A DNA stretch of 63,979 bases, filler included, from Aduncisulcus paluster (Eukaryota), in assembly GCA_024181965.1 (NCBI GenBank). It is 11 parts of 11 records of this genome, joined end to end, with 100 filler letters (N's around TTAATTAATTAA, not from the genome) between each part and the next. Parts side by side here need not be neighbours in the genome. Positions count along the whole stretch, not along the records: positions 34,527 to 38,115 come from BQXS01011418.1; positions 38,216 to 46,391 come from BQXS01011420.1; 9 more parts are not named here. One strand, given 5' to 3'. The position numbers and the translations under genes were made by a program. The stretch's first letter is position 1; the number at the start of each line of letters is the position of its first letter. Shown here piece after piece: positions 36,494-46,491 of this stretch. The notes beneath the pieces are model-generated. The model had not been told where the DNA came from. It made no database searches and saw nothing but the letters and a program-made list of their open reading frames with translations.

Positions 36494-37053
36494 GATATAG
36501 TTCTATTTCACGTGTTAAGAACATTTATGAACGATTTCAATGCTATTCAATAACATGGATATATCTCCATTTCATTTCTATCCTTATCCTTGCCTTTCTG
36601 TAACAGAAATTCTGTTCATTTTCACTTGCTTTTGCTTACAATCAATAATATCAAGAACTCGGAATATGATGGTATACATATGTCTGTATACTGCTACGAA
36701 TCTAATCCCCTGATGCTTCATGGAACATGACATTTCATTCCACCAAATTCCAATTCCAACTCCNNNNNNNNNNNNNNNNNNNNGATATAGTTCTATTTCA
36801 CGTGTTAAGAACATTTATGAACGATTTCAATGCTATTCAATAACATGGATATATCTCCATTTCATTTCTATCCTTATCCTTGCCTTTCTGTAACAGAAAT
36901 TCTGTTCATTTTCACTTGCTTTTGCTTACAATCAATAATATCAAGAACTCGGAATATGATGGTATACATATGTCTGTATACTGCTACGAATCTAATCCCC
37001 TGATGCTTCATGGAACATGACATTTCATTCCACCAAATTCCAATTCCAACTCC
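36494..37053. repeat. 270-bp direct duplication flanking a 20-N gap (likely unmerged scaffold overlap)
   Basis: 36494-36763 equals 36784-37053; a (CCAACT)n microsatellite at the end of the copies probably broke the assembly. Confidence 0.85.
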
Positions 37054-37967
37054 AACTCCAACTCCAACTCCAATGCCAGATCCTGATCATCCGATACTGA
37101 GATTTGTGCTCTGTGTTCCTTGTCTTTGGAATGTGGGGCATCTGTGATATGTCAAAGTTATGCTATAAACTCTGGAGATGAACAATCATTCTCGAACGCA
37201 AAACACACCCACCACCAACAACTAGCGCTTCCCCATGAGTTTTTTTATAGAACATCTCTTTTTCTTTGCCCCTTTCAGTTTACTCTTGTCCAATGGATTC
37301 TCCGAGTTTGTAAACTGCATTCAAATGTCGCCGACTCTCAACGAATATGCCACTATCATATGGGTGAGTGTCTTGCAGTACTTGAGAATTGAAGGAAATG
37401 GATCCATTCGTCTCAAGGGCAAGATTAGGAAACTCTTGCTCTCGATGTGAATCATTAGAAAATCCTTTCATTTGGTTTTGTAATTTAAAGACGAAAATAT
37501 TGCGTCTAAATTTGGCTGTCTGTGTGCTATTCTGATTGTAATGTTATGTCAGATTAGTGTATTTGACATTATGTCCATGAAGTAAATGCACAGCATATTG
37601 TAGGTGTATTTTACTGAAATTTTCCAATCTTAGCCTCTCACAAGGTGATCTCATCCGTCAGTTTACTTGCATCATGAATTATCATTCGTTTGGACTTTGG
37701 CTCCATGATACCCTCAAACGCTGCAAGAAGATTGTCATACACTGGCGTGAACACAGTAACAGTAATAATAATAATACAGAATAGAGAACAATTCCAAACA
37801 ACACTATGTCTCATCGTGAAGGAGAGTGTGCAACTTGTTCAACCTTCAACCTTCAACAATCAACAATCAACTTCAAGCTTGAAATGAACTCTTCTCTCAA
37901 TTGTTCCATTAACTTGATGGCATTAAGAATAAAAATAAAATCTTACATCAGAATCTTTCCACATCAC

Positions 37968-38114
37968 TCACTGACTCTGATCCCAACCTTCCTCATGCTC
38001 AACACCAGCAACGGCACATCTCATTCCTTCAATGGTTCCAACAGAGCCACCATACTTCTTGCGTTGCTCACGGATAATGGCTTCAATGCTTGGACACTCA
38101 TAGTCTTCGCCAAT
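37968..38114 (-). CDS. 3' end of an upstream gene, possibly another kinase-family member
   Basis: Open frame from the contig edge: IGEDYECPSIEAIIREQRKKYGGSVGTIEGMRCAVAGVEHEEGWDQSQ*. The kinase-family assignment rests on recalled similarity only. Confidence 0.55.
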   Translation of the reverse strand: MGEDYECPSIEAIIREQRKKYGGSVGTIEGMRCAVAGVEHEEGWDQSQ

Positions 38115-38215
38115 CNNNNNNNNNNNNNNNNNNNNNNNNNNNNNNNNNNNNNNNNNNNNTTAATTAATTAANNNNNNNNNNNNNNNNNNNNNNNNNNNNN
38201 NNNNNNNNNNNNNNN

Positions 38216-38460
38216 AATGTGTGATTTGCATAACCACCACCAACATTCCTAACTTTCTGTCGTAAGCCAACAGGCAGAAGTTCAAGATGTGAGATAACAT
38301 ATTCAATAGGTTTTCCATCAAGAACAGTACCAGCAAGGGCTGCTTGGGATTTGGTGCAGTATCCTTTATGATGAAGTCTATGAACTTCAATAACCTTCTT
38401 GGGATAATGAGGTTCAAGGGCATCAATGGACCATGGGTAATCTTCGAGAGTATATGGCAT
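38216..38460 (-). CDS. sod: Fe/Mn superoxide dismutase, N-terminal fragment
   Basis: MPYTL..YPW..DALEPH...VH..HHKGY and RNVGGGYANH cover the first two metal-ligand His regions. Confidence 0.92.
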
Positions 38461-38848
38461 TGCTTTGTGATGGAGTTACTTTTCCTATAGGGTGGAAATA
38501 GAAGATAAATATGGGCAAATAAATGAATATCGCGAGAAAATAATAAACGTCACAATAAACATCATGTATGTCACATTGATACTATACAGTTCTCAAGGAT
38601 TAAGTAATGAAAAGATTTGTCAGATTCATATTGATTGCTATCATCGTCTATTCAACATAACAATGGAAAATCAATTCGTAATAAATCATTGCTAAGCAAT
38701 ATTATTTGATATAAAAGGTGCAAAATGTAGAAACGCAAGGAAATAGAAAATCTTGAAACATCAAGAGAATTAGTGGATATAATAGGCCATGGGTGAAAGA
38801 AAATGGATATAAATAAGCGCTCCAGACAATAAAATCAAAATAAAAAAG

Positions 38849-39167
38849 GCTGTGGTATCGCGTGTGTAGGAGGTTACGAAGGATGTGTTTATTTATAGGA
38901 CGTAACAGGTTCTCGCTAAATTTTTAAACACTAGGATTTTACGATAAATTGTTTCAGTAAAATTGGGTTTAATTTGCGAGATTTTTGGGTGTTTTTTGGC
39001 TGAAAGAACTAAAAGCTTAGGTGACTACCCTTGCTCTTTGGTTCTTTCTTTTGGATTAAATTCCAGCACGAAGTCTTTGAGCTTGGGAACCTTCATACGA
39101 AGCTCTTCCTTTTACTCTTATAATAAATTGTACCACACAACTACTTACAAACACGCGATACCACAGC
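38849..39167. mobile_element. About 320-bp non-coding element with 17-bp perfect inverted ends (MITE-like, or a structured RNA)
   Basis: gctgtggtatcgcgtgt (38849-38865) and acacgcgataccacagc (39151-39167). It contains the repeat shared with 26311-26384. No clear target-site duplication. Confidence 0.5.
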
Positions 39168-39214
39168 GTGCCTCCTATAAGGTTCAACCTGTACAGCTGT
39201 GATCAAAAATAAAT

Positions 39215-39287
39215 TGGCCCCAGCGTGGCTTGAACACGCGACCTCAGCATCTTCAGTGCTGCGCTCTCCCAGCTGAGCTATGTGGCC
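39215..39287 (-). tRNA. tRNA-Phe (GAA)
   Basis: GGCCACA TAGCTCAGCTGGGAGAGCG CAGCA-CTGAAGA-TGCTG AGGTC GCGTG-TTCAAGC-CACGC TGGGGCC A; 73 nt, no encoded CCA, followed by a T-run terminator. Confidence 0.96.
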
Positions 39288-39549
39288 AATATAAAAAATG
39301 GAATATATCTCATAAATAAATTATACTTTTTGGTTTCCTAAATTTTCAATATTCAGATTGTTGAAAAACCCAAGAAAGGTCATTTAAATATGAAATGAAA
39401 GAATTTTCAATTAAAAACATGTTTTTACTTGGCAAGAAATTATATTATGTTTGATCAGCTCAAGTGGAAAAATATAAAAGATATATTTTGGCACAAAACT
39501 CAATAATTCCCATTTTGTATATTATTATTGACCAATTAGAATTCCATTA

Positions 39550-40329
39550 TTACAAATCCGCAGAATTGTTGCTATCGAGCCACTCCCTTGAGATCTGACA
39601 ATAAAATTGGTAAGGTTGTGGAATATAAAATTCTGAGCATTGTTGATGCAGCAATTCACGAAGAAAGTCCAAATCGTCAAACACATCGTTTGTTTCAGAG
39701 AGAGGAATGAGTTTCCTATCTCGATCAACTTGAAGGATACTTAGGCCCAAATGACCAAATGGATCCCCAATGGAAAAAGTATCTGTATCATATATACCAA
39801 ACATACAAGATGAGCGGAAGGGTTTGATAGTCTCAATGAGTTTTTCTTCATCAAATTCTTCTGGGAAGAAGAAGAAGCTGGAAACATGTGAGAGGTGAGA
39901 AGTAAATCTAGTTAGATTACTTGCAGTGATGAATGGAATGGTTTCACGGTTGAAAAGAACCTCATCGATCCAATATTTGATTCCATTGAAGTTACTCCCA
40001 TAAAAGAGATTAATTTCCTGAGAAAAGTTTCCATAGGTTATTCCAACAATAGGGGAATATGGTGGAAGATCAATACACCCATGATACTCATCACAATTGA
40101 TAATTTCAAATTTGATTGTATCTTGGAACTCTTCAATAAGAGAAGGCAAGATTTTCCGGTCAAAATTCTTTTCAGCGAAACACCTATCAGTTTCAGATGA
40201 AAAAAAAACAAAAAAATGGGGTTGATTAGTTTCGATGAATTTGGCATCGATTGATATGGAAAATGTAGTCAACACCAAATTAAATATAAAAATGATAAAT
40301 AATGAACAAATAAAACTCCGATTAAGCAT
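39550..40329 (-). CDS. Secreted/ER protein, possibly redox-inactive thioredoxin/PDI-like fold
   Basis: Signal peptide after MLNRSF; the pattern FFVFFSS...IKFEIINCD...YSPIV...FYG resembles a thioredoxin fold without CxxC. Confidence 0.55.
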   Translation of the reverse strand: MLNRSFICSLFIIFIFNLVLTTFSISIDAKFIETNQPHFFVFFSSETDRCFAEKNFDRKILPSLIEEFQDTIKFEIINCDEYHGCIDLPPYSPIVGITYGNFSQEINLFYGSNFNGIKYWIDEVLFNRETIPFITASNLTRFTSHLSHVSSFFFFPEEFDEEKLIETIKPFRSSCMFGIYDTDTFSIGDPFGHLGLSILQVDRDRKLIPLSETNDVFDDLDFLRELLHQQCSEFYIPQPYQFYCQISREWLDSNNSADL

Positions 40330-40570
40330 TTTAAAAACTACAAATCGAAGGAAATTGAATTTTAATTTCAACTTGAAGTTCAACTAGGGTGTTGCTGACC
40401 TTCCACCGAAAAATTAACAGTTTTTATTTCCTTTGATTTTTTTTATTTTGTTCAATCCCTATTAATACTCTGTAAAAAATCACTCTGTCCAAAACCTAGA
40501 ATTGCCTGATCAAAAATATCAAAGAATAACTCAAATCCTGTTATAATCTTGACAATCTAGAAAGTATCAA

Positions 40571-41944
40571 CTATTCTTTTTGTTTCTTTAAATAGAGATG
40601 CTCCACGGCCTTCATAAATTGTTGTCTTCTTTCCTTATTAAATATCCATCTTAAACAACGATTTGAGTGGATATTTTCTGTTATTTTTTGCTTAATAATA
40701 TCTCTTGCATCAGTATCCCGATATCTAATGGTTCTTTCAATATCAATGACCTTCAGATGAGACAAATGATCGACTTCATCGGCAATGGGAATATCTTGAT
40801 AATGCAAAAAGAACGATTGGACATGTTTCAAAATTGATTGAAGATCTTTGAATGCATTTTTCTTTCCATCTTCCTCATATTGTCCATACGATCCATCACT
40901 CTCGCTCATAACAAACCCAACTACACAATATAACCACTCAAACCGCGTCAATCGTTCCATCTGATCACATATATGTACGGTCACACTGATATCTGATGCC
41001 AATTTCACAGAGAACTTGAGATCATTGATGGAGGGACGCGTCGGACGAGGAGATTCATAAACTCCATCAATAAATAATCTTTTGAAGTTACTACTCGTAA
41101 TTATGGTCCTTGGAGGACTTTCAGTAAAGGATGGGACAACAATAATCACATGAGGTACAGACTTTTGGTAACTCTTCTTAACATAATATTTCGGCTCGAT
41201 AAAACCAAAATCTATGGGGAAACCGGGCTTATATCCTGGAATAGCACGCTCGAGCTTCTTCTCTGCATGCATTTTTGTCGCAGATTCCCCAGAAATCGAA
41301 GCATGTCTTTTGCTTGATTGTTGAGCATGCTTGGCCTGGGCAGTCATTGATTCAATTCCCATAAGCTGTGGTTTTGATTCTTCTTCCGGCAAATACATTC
41401 CTGTTGTAGGATGCGCAGGAAGGGAATCAAAAGAATAGGCTTGGACAGCACTCAAATAGTCAGAATCGTCTGACACTTGATCCAATTTTTTTTTTGCTGC
41501 GAAAAAAGCCGAAATAATTTCATACCCAGCCAAAGATGGCCCAACCTCATCTTCAACGGCCTCTCCAGCCGTTACATCAATTGTATCAATAAATTTGAAA
41601 GTATAATCGGGCAAAACATCAGTTTCGCCAGTGAAAAAATCAGTTAGGGTCTTACCATCCTGAGCAGGAATTGCTTTCCGTTTCCATCCAGCAGAACGAA
41701 AGAACTTACGATATCCACCAGCTTTAAATTTCCTCTCAGAAACTGGTAGACTTCCAAGAAATTTAACAATTGTGTATACGTCAAAAACCGTCTTTTCTCC
41801 TGATTTTGGGTTAAAACCAGTGACCGAAGAAGCGAAGAAACGCAATCCATCGATAGAAACATAATCACCATCTTCATCAAATGTAATAGAATCTATTGAA
41901 TTGTTTGTAAAACATTTTTGGAACAATTCAATGACATCTCCCAT
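40571..41944 (-). CDS. CDC73: Cdc73/parafibromin (Paf1 complex), divergent
   Basis: C-terminal domain pattern IIVVPS...IITSSNFKRLFIDGVY, D...L...EW..VVGFV, FFLHY, IERTIRYRD; the N-terminus (D...L.....GD.V...G..F....T.F) also fits. Confidence 0.75.
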   Translation of the reverse strand: MGDVIELFQKCFTNNSIDSITFDEDGDYVSIDGLRFFASSVTGFNPKSGEKTVFDVYTIVKFLGSLPVSERKFKAGGYRKFFRSAGWKRKAIPAQDGKTLTDFFTGETDVLPDYTFKFIDTIDVTAGEAVEDEVGPSLAGYEIISAFFAAKKKLDQVSDDSDYLSAVQAYSFDSLPAHPTTGMYLPEEESKPQLMGIESMTAQAKHAQQSSKRHASISGESATKMHAEKKLERAIPGYKPGFPIDFGFIEPKYYVKKSYQKSVPHVIIVVPSFTESPPRTIITSSNFKRLFIDGVYESPRPTRPSINDLKFSVKLASDISVTVHICDQMERLTRFEWLYCVVGFVMSESDGSYGQYEEDGKKNAFKDLQSILKHVQSFFLHYQDIPIADEVDHLSHLKVIDIERTIRYRDTDARDIIKQKITENIHSNRCLRWIFNKERRQQFMKAVEHLYLKKQKE

Positions 41945-42231
41945 GATAGTGATCAAAATAGGATTGTGAAAGTTCTCGTTAGAAATTCCTATTGATTCAT
42001 CATTTTTGAAGCATATTATATGTTAGGATAAAAATATTTTTTTGATGACCGATTATCTATATTAGATATCTTGATAAATAGAACCTGTAGGAAAAATTTC
42101 TACAAAACTCTTTTTCTAAAGCAAAATATGTCATAGAATGAAATTAAATATTATAATTGGAGAGAACCAAGTATTTGACTATCATTTCAGGCCAGTTACT
42201 TGTATTTCATATTTTAGATTGTTTTGACGGA

Positions 42232-43346
42232 ATGGATAACGTTTGGAACATGCCACCAACATCTCTTGATGAACAAATAGCTAGACTTGAGCGTTGTGAA
42301 CTTTTAGAAGATGTTGAAGTCAAGAATTTATGTCAAAAGGCCCGTGAAATATTGTTAAAGGAAAATAATATGGTTATTGTTGATGGAGCTGTAACTGTAA
42401 GTTTATTTTTTCATATTTACTTTGTCTATATAATATTTATTTTATTTGTGTCGAAATTTTATTGAATTTTCATCTATATTACGATGTATGAACATATCCA
42501 TTGTTCCAACTGATTTCAATCCTTGATAATATCAATCTCTGTCTTATTTGATAAATACTTTAGGTATGTGGAGATATCCATGGACAATTCTATGATTTGA
42601 AAGAGTTATTCAGGGTGGGAGGACGTTGTCCTGACACAAATTATATATTTTTAGGCGATTATGTTGATCGCGGATCATATAGCGTTGAGACATTCCTCTG
42701 GTTGCTTGCTTTAATGGTAAGATATCCGCATAGGATGACTCTAATTCGTGGAAATCATGAGTCTCGACAAATAACTCAAGTTTACGGCTTTTACGACGAA
42801 TGCGTTCGTAAATATGGAACTGTTAAAGTATGGCGCTATTGTACTCAAGTATTTGACCATTTAACTCTTGCTGCATTGATATCTAATTCCGTCTTCTGCG
42901 TTCATGGTGGTTTATCTCCTTCAATTTCTACTCTTGATGAAATCAAATCTATAAATAGAATAACCGATAATTTGCACGATGGAGCTATGTGTGATCTTAT
43001 GTGGAGTGATCCAGAAGAGGTTGATGGTTTTGTAGTGTCTTCGAGAGGGGCCGGATACCTCTTTGGAGAAAGAATAGTTAAGAATTTCTGTGATTCCAAC
43101 AAACTCAGCCTTATTGCAAGGGCTCATCAACTTGTTATGGAAGGATATAAATTTGTATTTGATGAGAAACTTGTAACTGTCTGGAGTTGTGGAAATTATT
43201 GTTATCGATGTGGGAATAGTGCTGCAATAATGGAATGTTTTGGATCTGGAACAATTGAAAAGTTTTTTAAAGTTTTTCAAGCTGCACCAGAATCTGCTCG
43301 TGGACCTCCTGCTAGGAAAATTATTCCAGATTTTTATCTGATATAA
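42232..43346 (+). CDS. PPP4C: PP2A-like Ser/Thr phosphatase catalytic subunit, PP4 type; join(42232..42396,42564..43346)
   Basis: [42 protein letters not shown] and [24 protein letters not shown] and ELFRVGG favour PP4. The start could instead be the ATG at 42250. Confidence 0.9.
42397..42563 (+). other. Spliceosomal intron (167 nt) in the PP4 gene
   Basis: GTAAGT...TTTAG; splicing gives the conserved AVT|VCGDIHG. Confidence 0.93.
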
Positions 43347-43449
43347 ACGTTTATTATCACTAAATACATGAATTTAACAATTATTATGCCCAAACAAAAA
43401 TAAACTCCACCAATTTCAAAGAATATATTCATTTTGCGTTTTTGTTACA

Positions 43450-44661
43450 ATGGAGAAGGTTAAGAAGATTATTGAAACTCTCAAAACTCGTAAAATTGAT
43501 CTTTACGACAAAGATTGGCTCCGTACCTGGGATTTAACTCAAGACGAGATCCATGCTACTCTTGAGATAGCTGAGGCTCTTAAGATCCTCTACAAGGAGA
43601 ACATTGACTGTTCCTGTTTCTCCGGTGCTCTTGCTGTGTCTCAATTCCGTGACAACTCCACTCGTACCCGTTTCTCTTTTGCGAAGGCCGCTACTCTCCT
43701 TGGTCTCACTGTGTCCGATCTTGATGAGAAAAAATCTCAGATTGCCCACGGAGAAACCGTCCGTGAAACCTCCAACATGATCTCCTTCCTTACTGAGGTC
43801 ATTGGTATCCGTGACGATAAATTTGTTGGTAAAGGTCACACCTACCAGGTTGAAGTTGCCAAGTCCGTTGACGCTGGATTCAAAGAAGGAGTTCTCCCCC
43901 AACGTCCCTCTATCGTTAACCTTCAATGTGACGAGGACCATCCTACTCAATCTATGAGTGATCTTGCTCACCTCGTCGACCATTTCGGTGGCGTTGAGAA
44001 TCTTAAGGGAAAGAAGATCTGCATGTCATGGGGTTACAGTCCTTCATACGGTAAGCCTCTTTCTGTTCCTCAAGGAATCATCGCCTTGTTACCCAGATTC
44101 GGAGCTGATGTTCACCTCTGTTACCCTGAGGGTTACGACCTCCTTCCCCACGTTATGGAAGAGGCCAAGAAGCAGGCTGAGATTGGCGGTGGAAAGCTCT
44201 CTGTCCACTCTTCTATGGAGCCTGGACTCAAGGATGCTGATGTCGCTTACGTCAAGTCCTGGGCCCCTGCCTCTGTCATGATCGAGAAGGCTGCCCTCAT
44301 CGATGCTGGATTTGCTGATGGTACCCCTCAGATGGATGAGCTCGAAAAGAAAGCTCTTGCTGAGAATGCCAAGCATATGGATTGGGAATATACTGAAGAA
44401 CTTGCCAAGCTCACTAAGCCTGGTGCTGACACTCCTGACTGTCTCGCCATGCACTGTCTCCCTGCTGATATCACCGGTGTTTCTTGCAAGCATGGTGAAT
44501 TCGCTGCTTCTGTCTTTGACCGCCATCGTGTTGCCATGTACAAGGAAGCTCAGTGGAAACCTTACATCATTGCTTCTATGATGATGATCACTAGGTTCAA
44601 GGACTCTGCTCGTATCCTCGATAAGATTGTTGAGAGAAAGAAGCCCCGTAAGATGGAGTAA
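43450..44661 (+). CDS. ygeW: Knotted carbamoyltransferase YgeW family (bacterial type)
   Basis: FRDNSTRTRFS, DLDEKKSQIAHGETVRET.NMISF, IGIRDD, VNLQCDEDHPTQ, YSPSYGKPLSVPQGII, KSWAP, MHCLPADITGVSC..GE and YKEA.WKPYIIA are YgeW-type motifs rather than OTC/ATC motifs. Confidence 0.92.
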   Translation: MEKVKKIIETLKTRKIDLYDKDWLRTWDLTQDEIHATLEIAEALKILYKENIDCSCFSGALAVSQFRDNSTRTRFSFAKAATLLGLTVSDLDEKKSQIAHGETVRETSNMISFLTEVIGIRDDKFVGKGHTYQVEVAKSVDAGFKEGVLPQRPSIVNLQCDEDHPTQSMSDLAHLVDHFGGVENLKGKKICMSWGYSPSYGKPLSVPQGIIALLPRFGADVHLCYPEGYDLLPHVMEEAKKQAEIGGGKLSVHSSMEPGLKDADVAYVKSWAPASVMIEKAALIDAGFADGTPQMDELEKKALAENAKHMDWEYTEELAKLTKPGADTPDCLAMHCLPADITGVSCKHGEFAASVFDRHRVAMYKEAQWKPYIIASMMMITRFKDSARILDKIVERKKPRKME

Positions 44662-44842
44662 ATATCATTTTTTGTAAGATAGATGGGTTTGTCCTAAGGT
44701 AATATTCTGCATCTAATCATCACTATTAATTCAAATACATGATATAAAAGAAAATAATTAAGCTCTTTTCAACAAGAAATAATTCAAATGACTTTTGAAC
44801 CCAAATTAAAGAACAAAGTGACAAAGAAACGAAATTATATTA

Positions 44843-46391
44843 ATGGCAATATATGATTTAACTCAATTTATTGATAATTTGGCAGAACAAGATAGTTTTG
44901 ACATCAATATAAAAAAAACTAACAAGACTATCGAAAAAATACTGAAACAGATCTTATACACTCCTCCATCAACAGAATTATCACATAAATTAATCAAACA
45001 TATCGAAAGATATTGCAGGATCTTGCAAAAACTACCATCATTCAAGGGATTTGACTTCGATTTCGTGTCTAGACTCCCTTCAACGTTTTCAATATTTTCT
45101 AAACCATCTCATAAAAAATTTTTATGGAACAAAATAGAAATTCAGCGTGCAATCAGTGAAATATTCTTAATTTGTATTGATAACATATCTACAGGATCCT
45201 TTTCTCCCCAACAACACCTTGATATTGTAACAATTGATGATATTGAACATAATTTGATTGATATTGAAGATATATCTGATCAAACTCCTCCCAAACCGAT
45301 CAAACAACCTCCAATCCCTACACCTTCTCCTGTTATCATTTCATCCCGAAAATCTAATCCCCACACTAAAATTACAAAATCTACATCTATTTCTCCAACA
45401 AAATATAAATCAATTACTGAATTATCCCCGCCACCTCACTCTAAAGGAAAAGACTGTCGAACACCCTCTCCACGGACACCCTCTTCGATAAAACAAAAAT
45501 GTTTGGGTAATTCTAGTTCTTCTGTACATAAAAAATCTGATGTTGAACATAAATGTAAAAAAGAACATCTCCGTAGTTCTCAAGAACATAAACTTCCAAC
45601 CTCTAAATCTCAACACAGTTTAATATCGACCCCCCAATCCAAATCAAAATCTCAATCGACGACTTCTAACTCCTTTCGAGGACATTCTTCTTCTTTTCCA
45701 TTGCTTCCAATGCACGATGTGATGTTCTCGCCCTCTCCCTCTCTCCGTTCTCCTCGTCTGCAATCTTCTCGACTTCATTCGCATCCTCGTATTTCACCAT
45801 CGTCTCATGTTGCAACTGTTTCTCCAATGATTTCTGCGTTTTTCACTGATGAAACCCTTGACGACACGTACACTTTGCTCTCCTCGAATTCATACTATAA
45901 TACTACCTTGCATCTGCAAGGAGATGAATCGATGTATTCAGCACATGATTGTTCTAGAGTACACATTATTCGCTTACCAAGTCCTCTGCCTTTCAAGCAT
46001 ATGTGTTTTTCCTCATCGCTGGTTCAAAATGTTGATTCATGTGCTCCACTGTCAAGCATAGCCTCTCTGCTTAGAAAAGGCAGTATCGTGACAATTGACG
46101 GAAGTAATGTCCATTCCATGGTCATGGAAGATCCCAAACGAGTGATGATGTTCACTATTAATGAAGCAACCGGCTCAAAGGGGAGAGATGGAACAGATGT
46201 TGTGGGTCGATTTGGCATGAAACGTGTCCGAGATGAAGACTTATCACCTTCTTCACATCTTTCTTTGCCACCTGCATCTTCCCCGTCTACTTTTTTCAGA
46301 GCATCCACCATGTGTTCATGTGCTCGAGGCGTATGTGTGTGTGATTGTCGAGGTGTTCGACTCATATCTGTGAACGAAAGAGGAATGTCTT
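44843..46391 (+). CDS. Hypothetical Ser/Pro-rich protein, 3'-partial
   Basis: Open frame of more than 500 aa running to the contig end. Confidence 0.75.
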
Positions 46392-46491
46392 NNNNNNNNN
46401 NNNNNNNNNNNNNNNNNNNNNNNNNNNNNNNNNNNTTAATTAATTAANNNNNNNNNNNNNNNNNNNNNNNNNNNNNNNNNNNNNNNNNNNN

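Noticed and set aside
36494-37053. 270-bp direct repeat resembling LTRs or a tandem duplication
   Set aside because: The copies directly abut a 20-N gap and end at a microsatellite, which is typical of an unmerged scaffold overlap.
43534-44581. Long antisense and alternative-frame ORFs over ygeW (also over ACS, the kinase and the LRR genes)
   Set aside because: Shadow ORFs caused by codon bias; they show no independent protein features.
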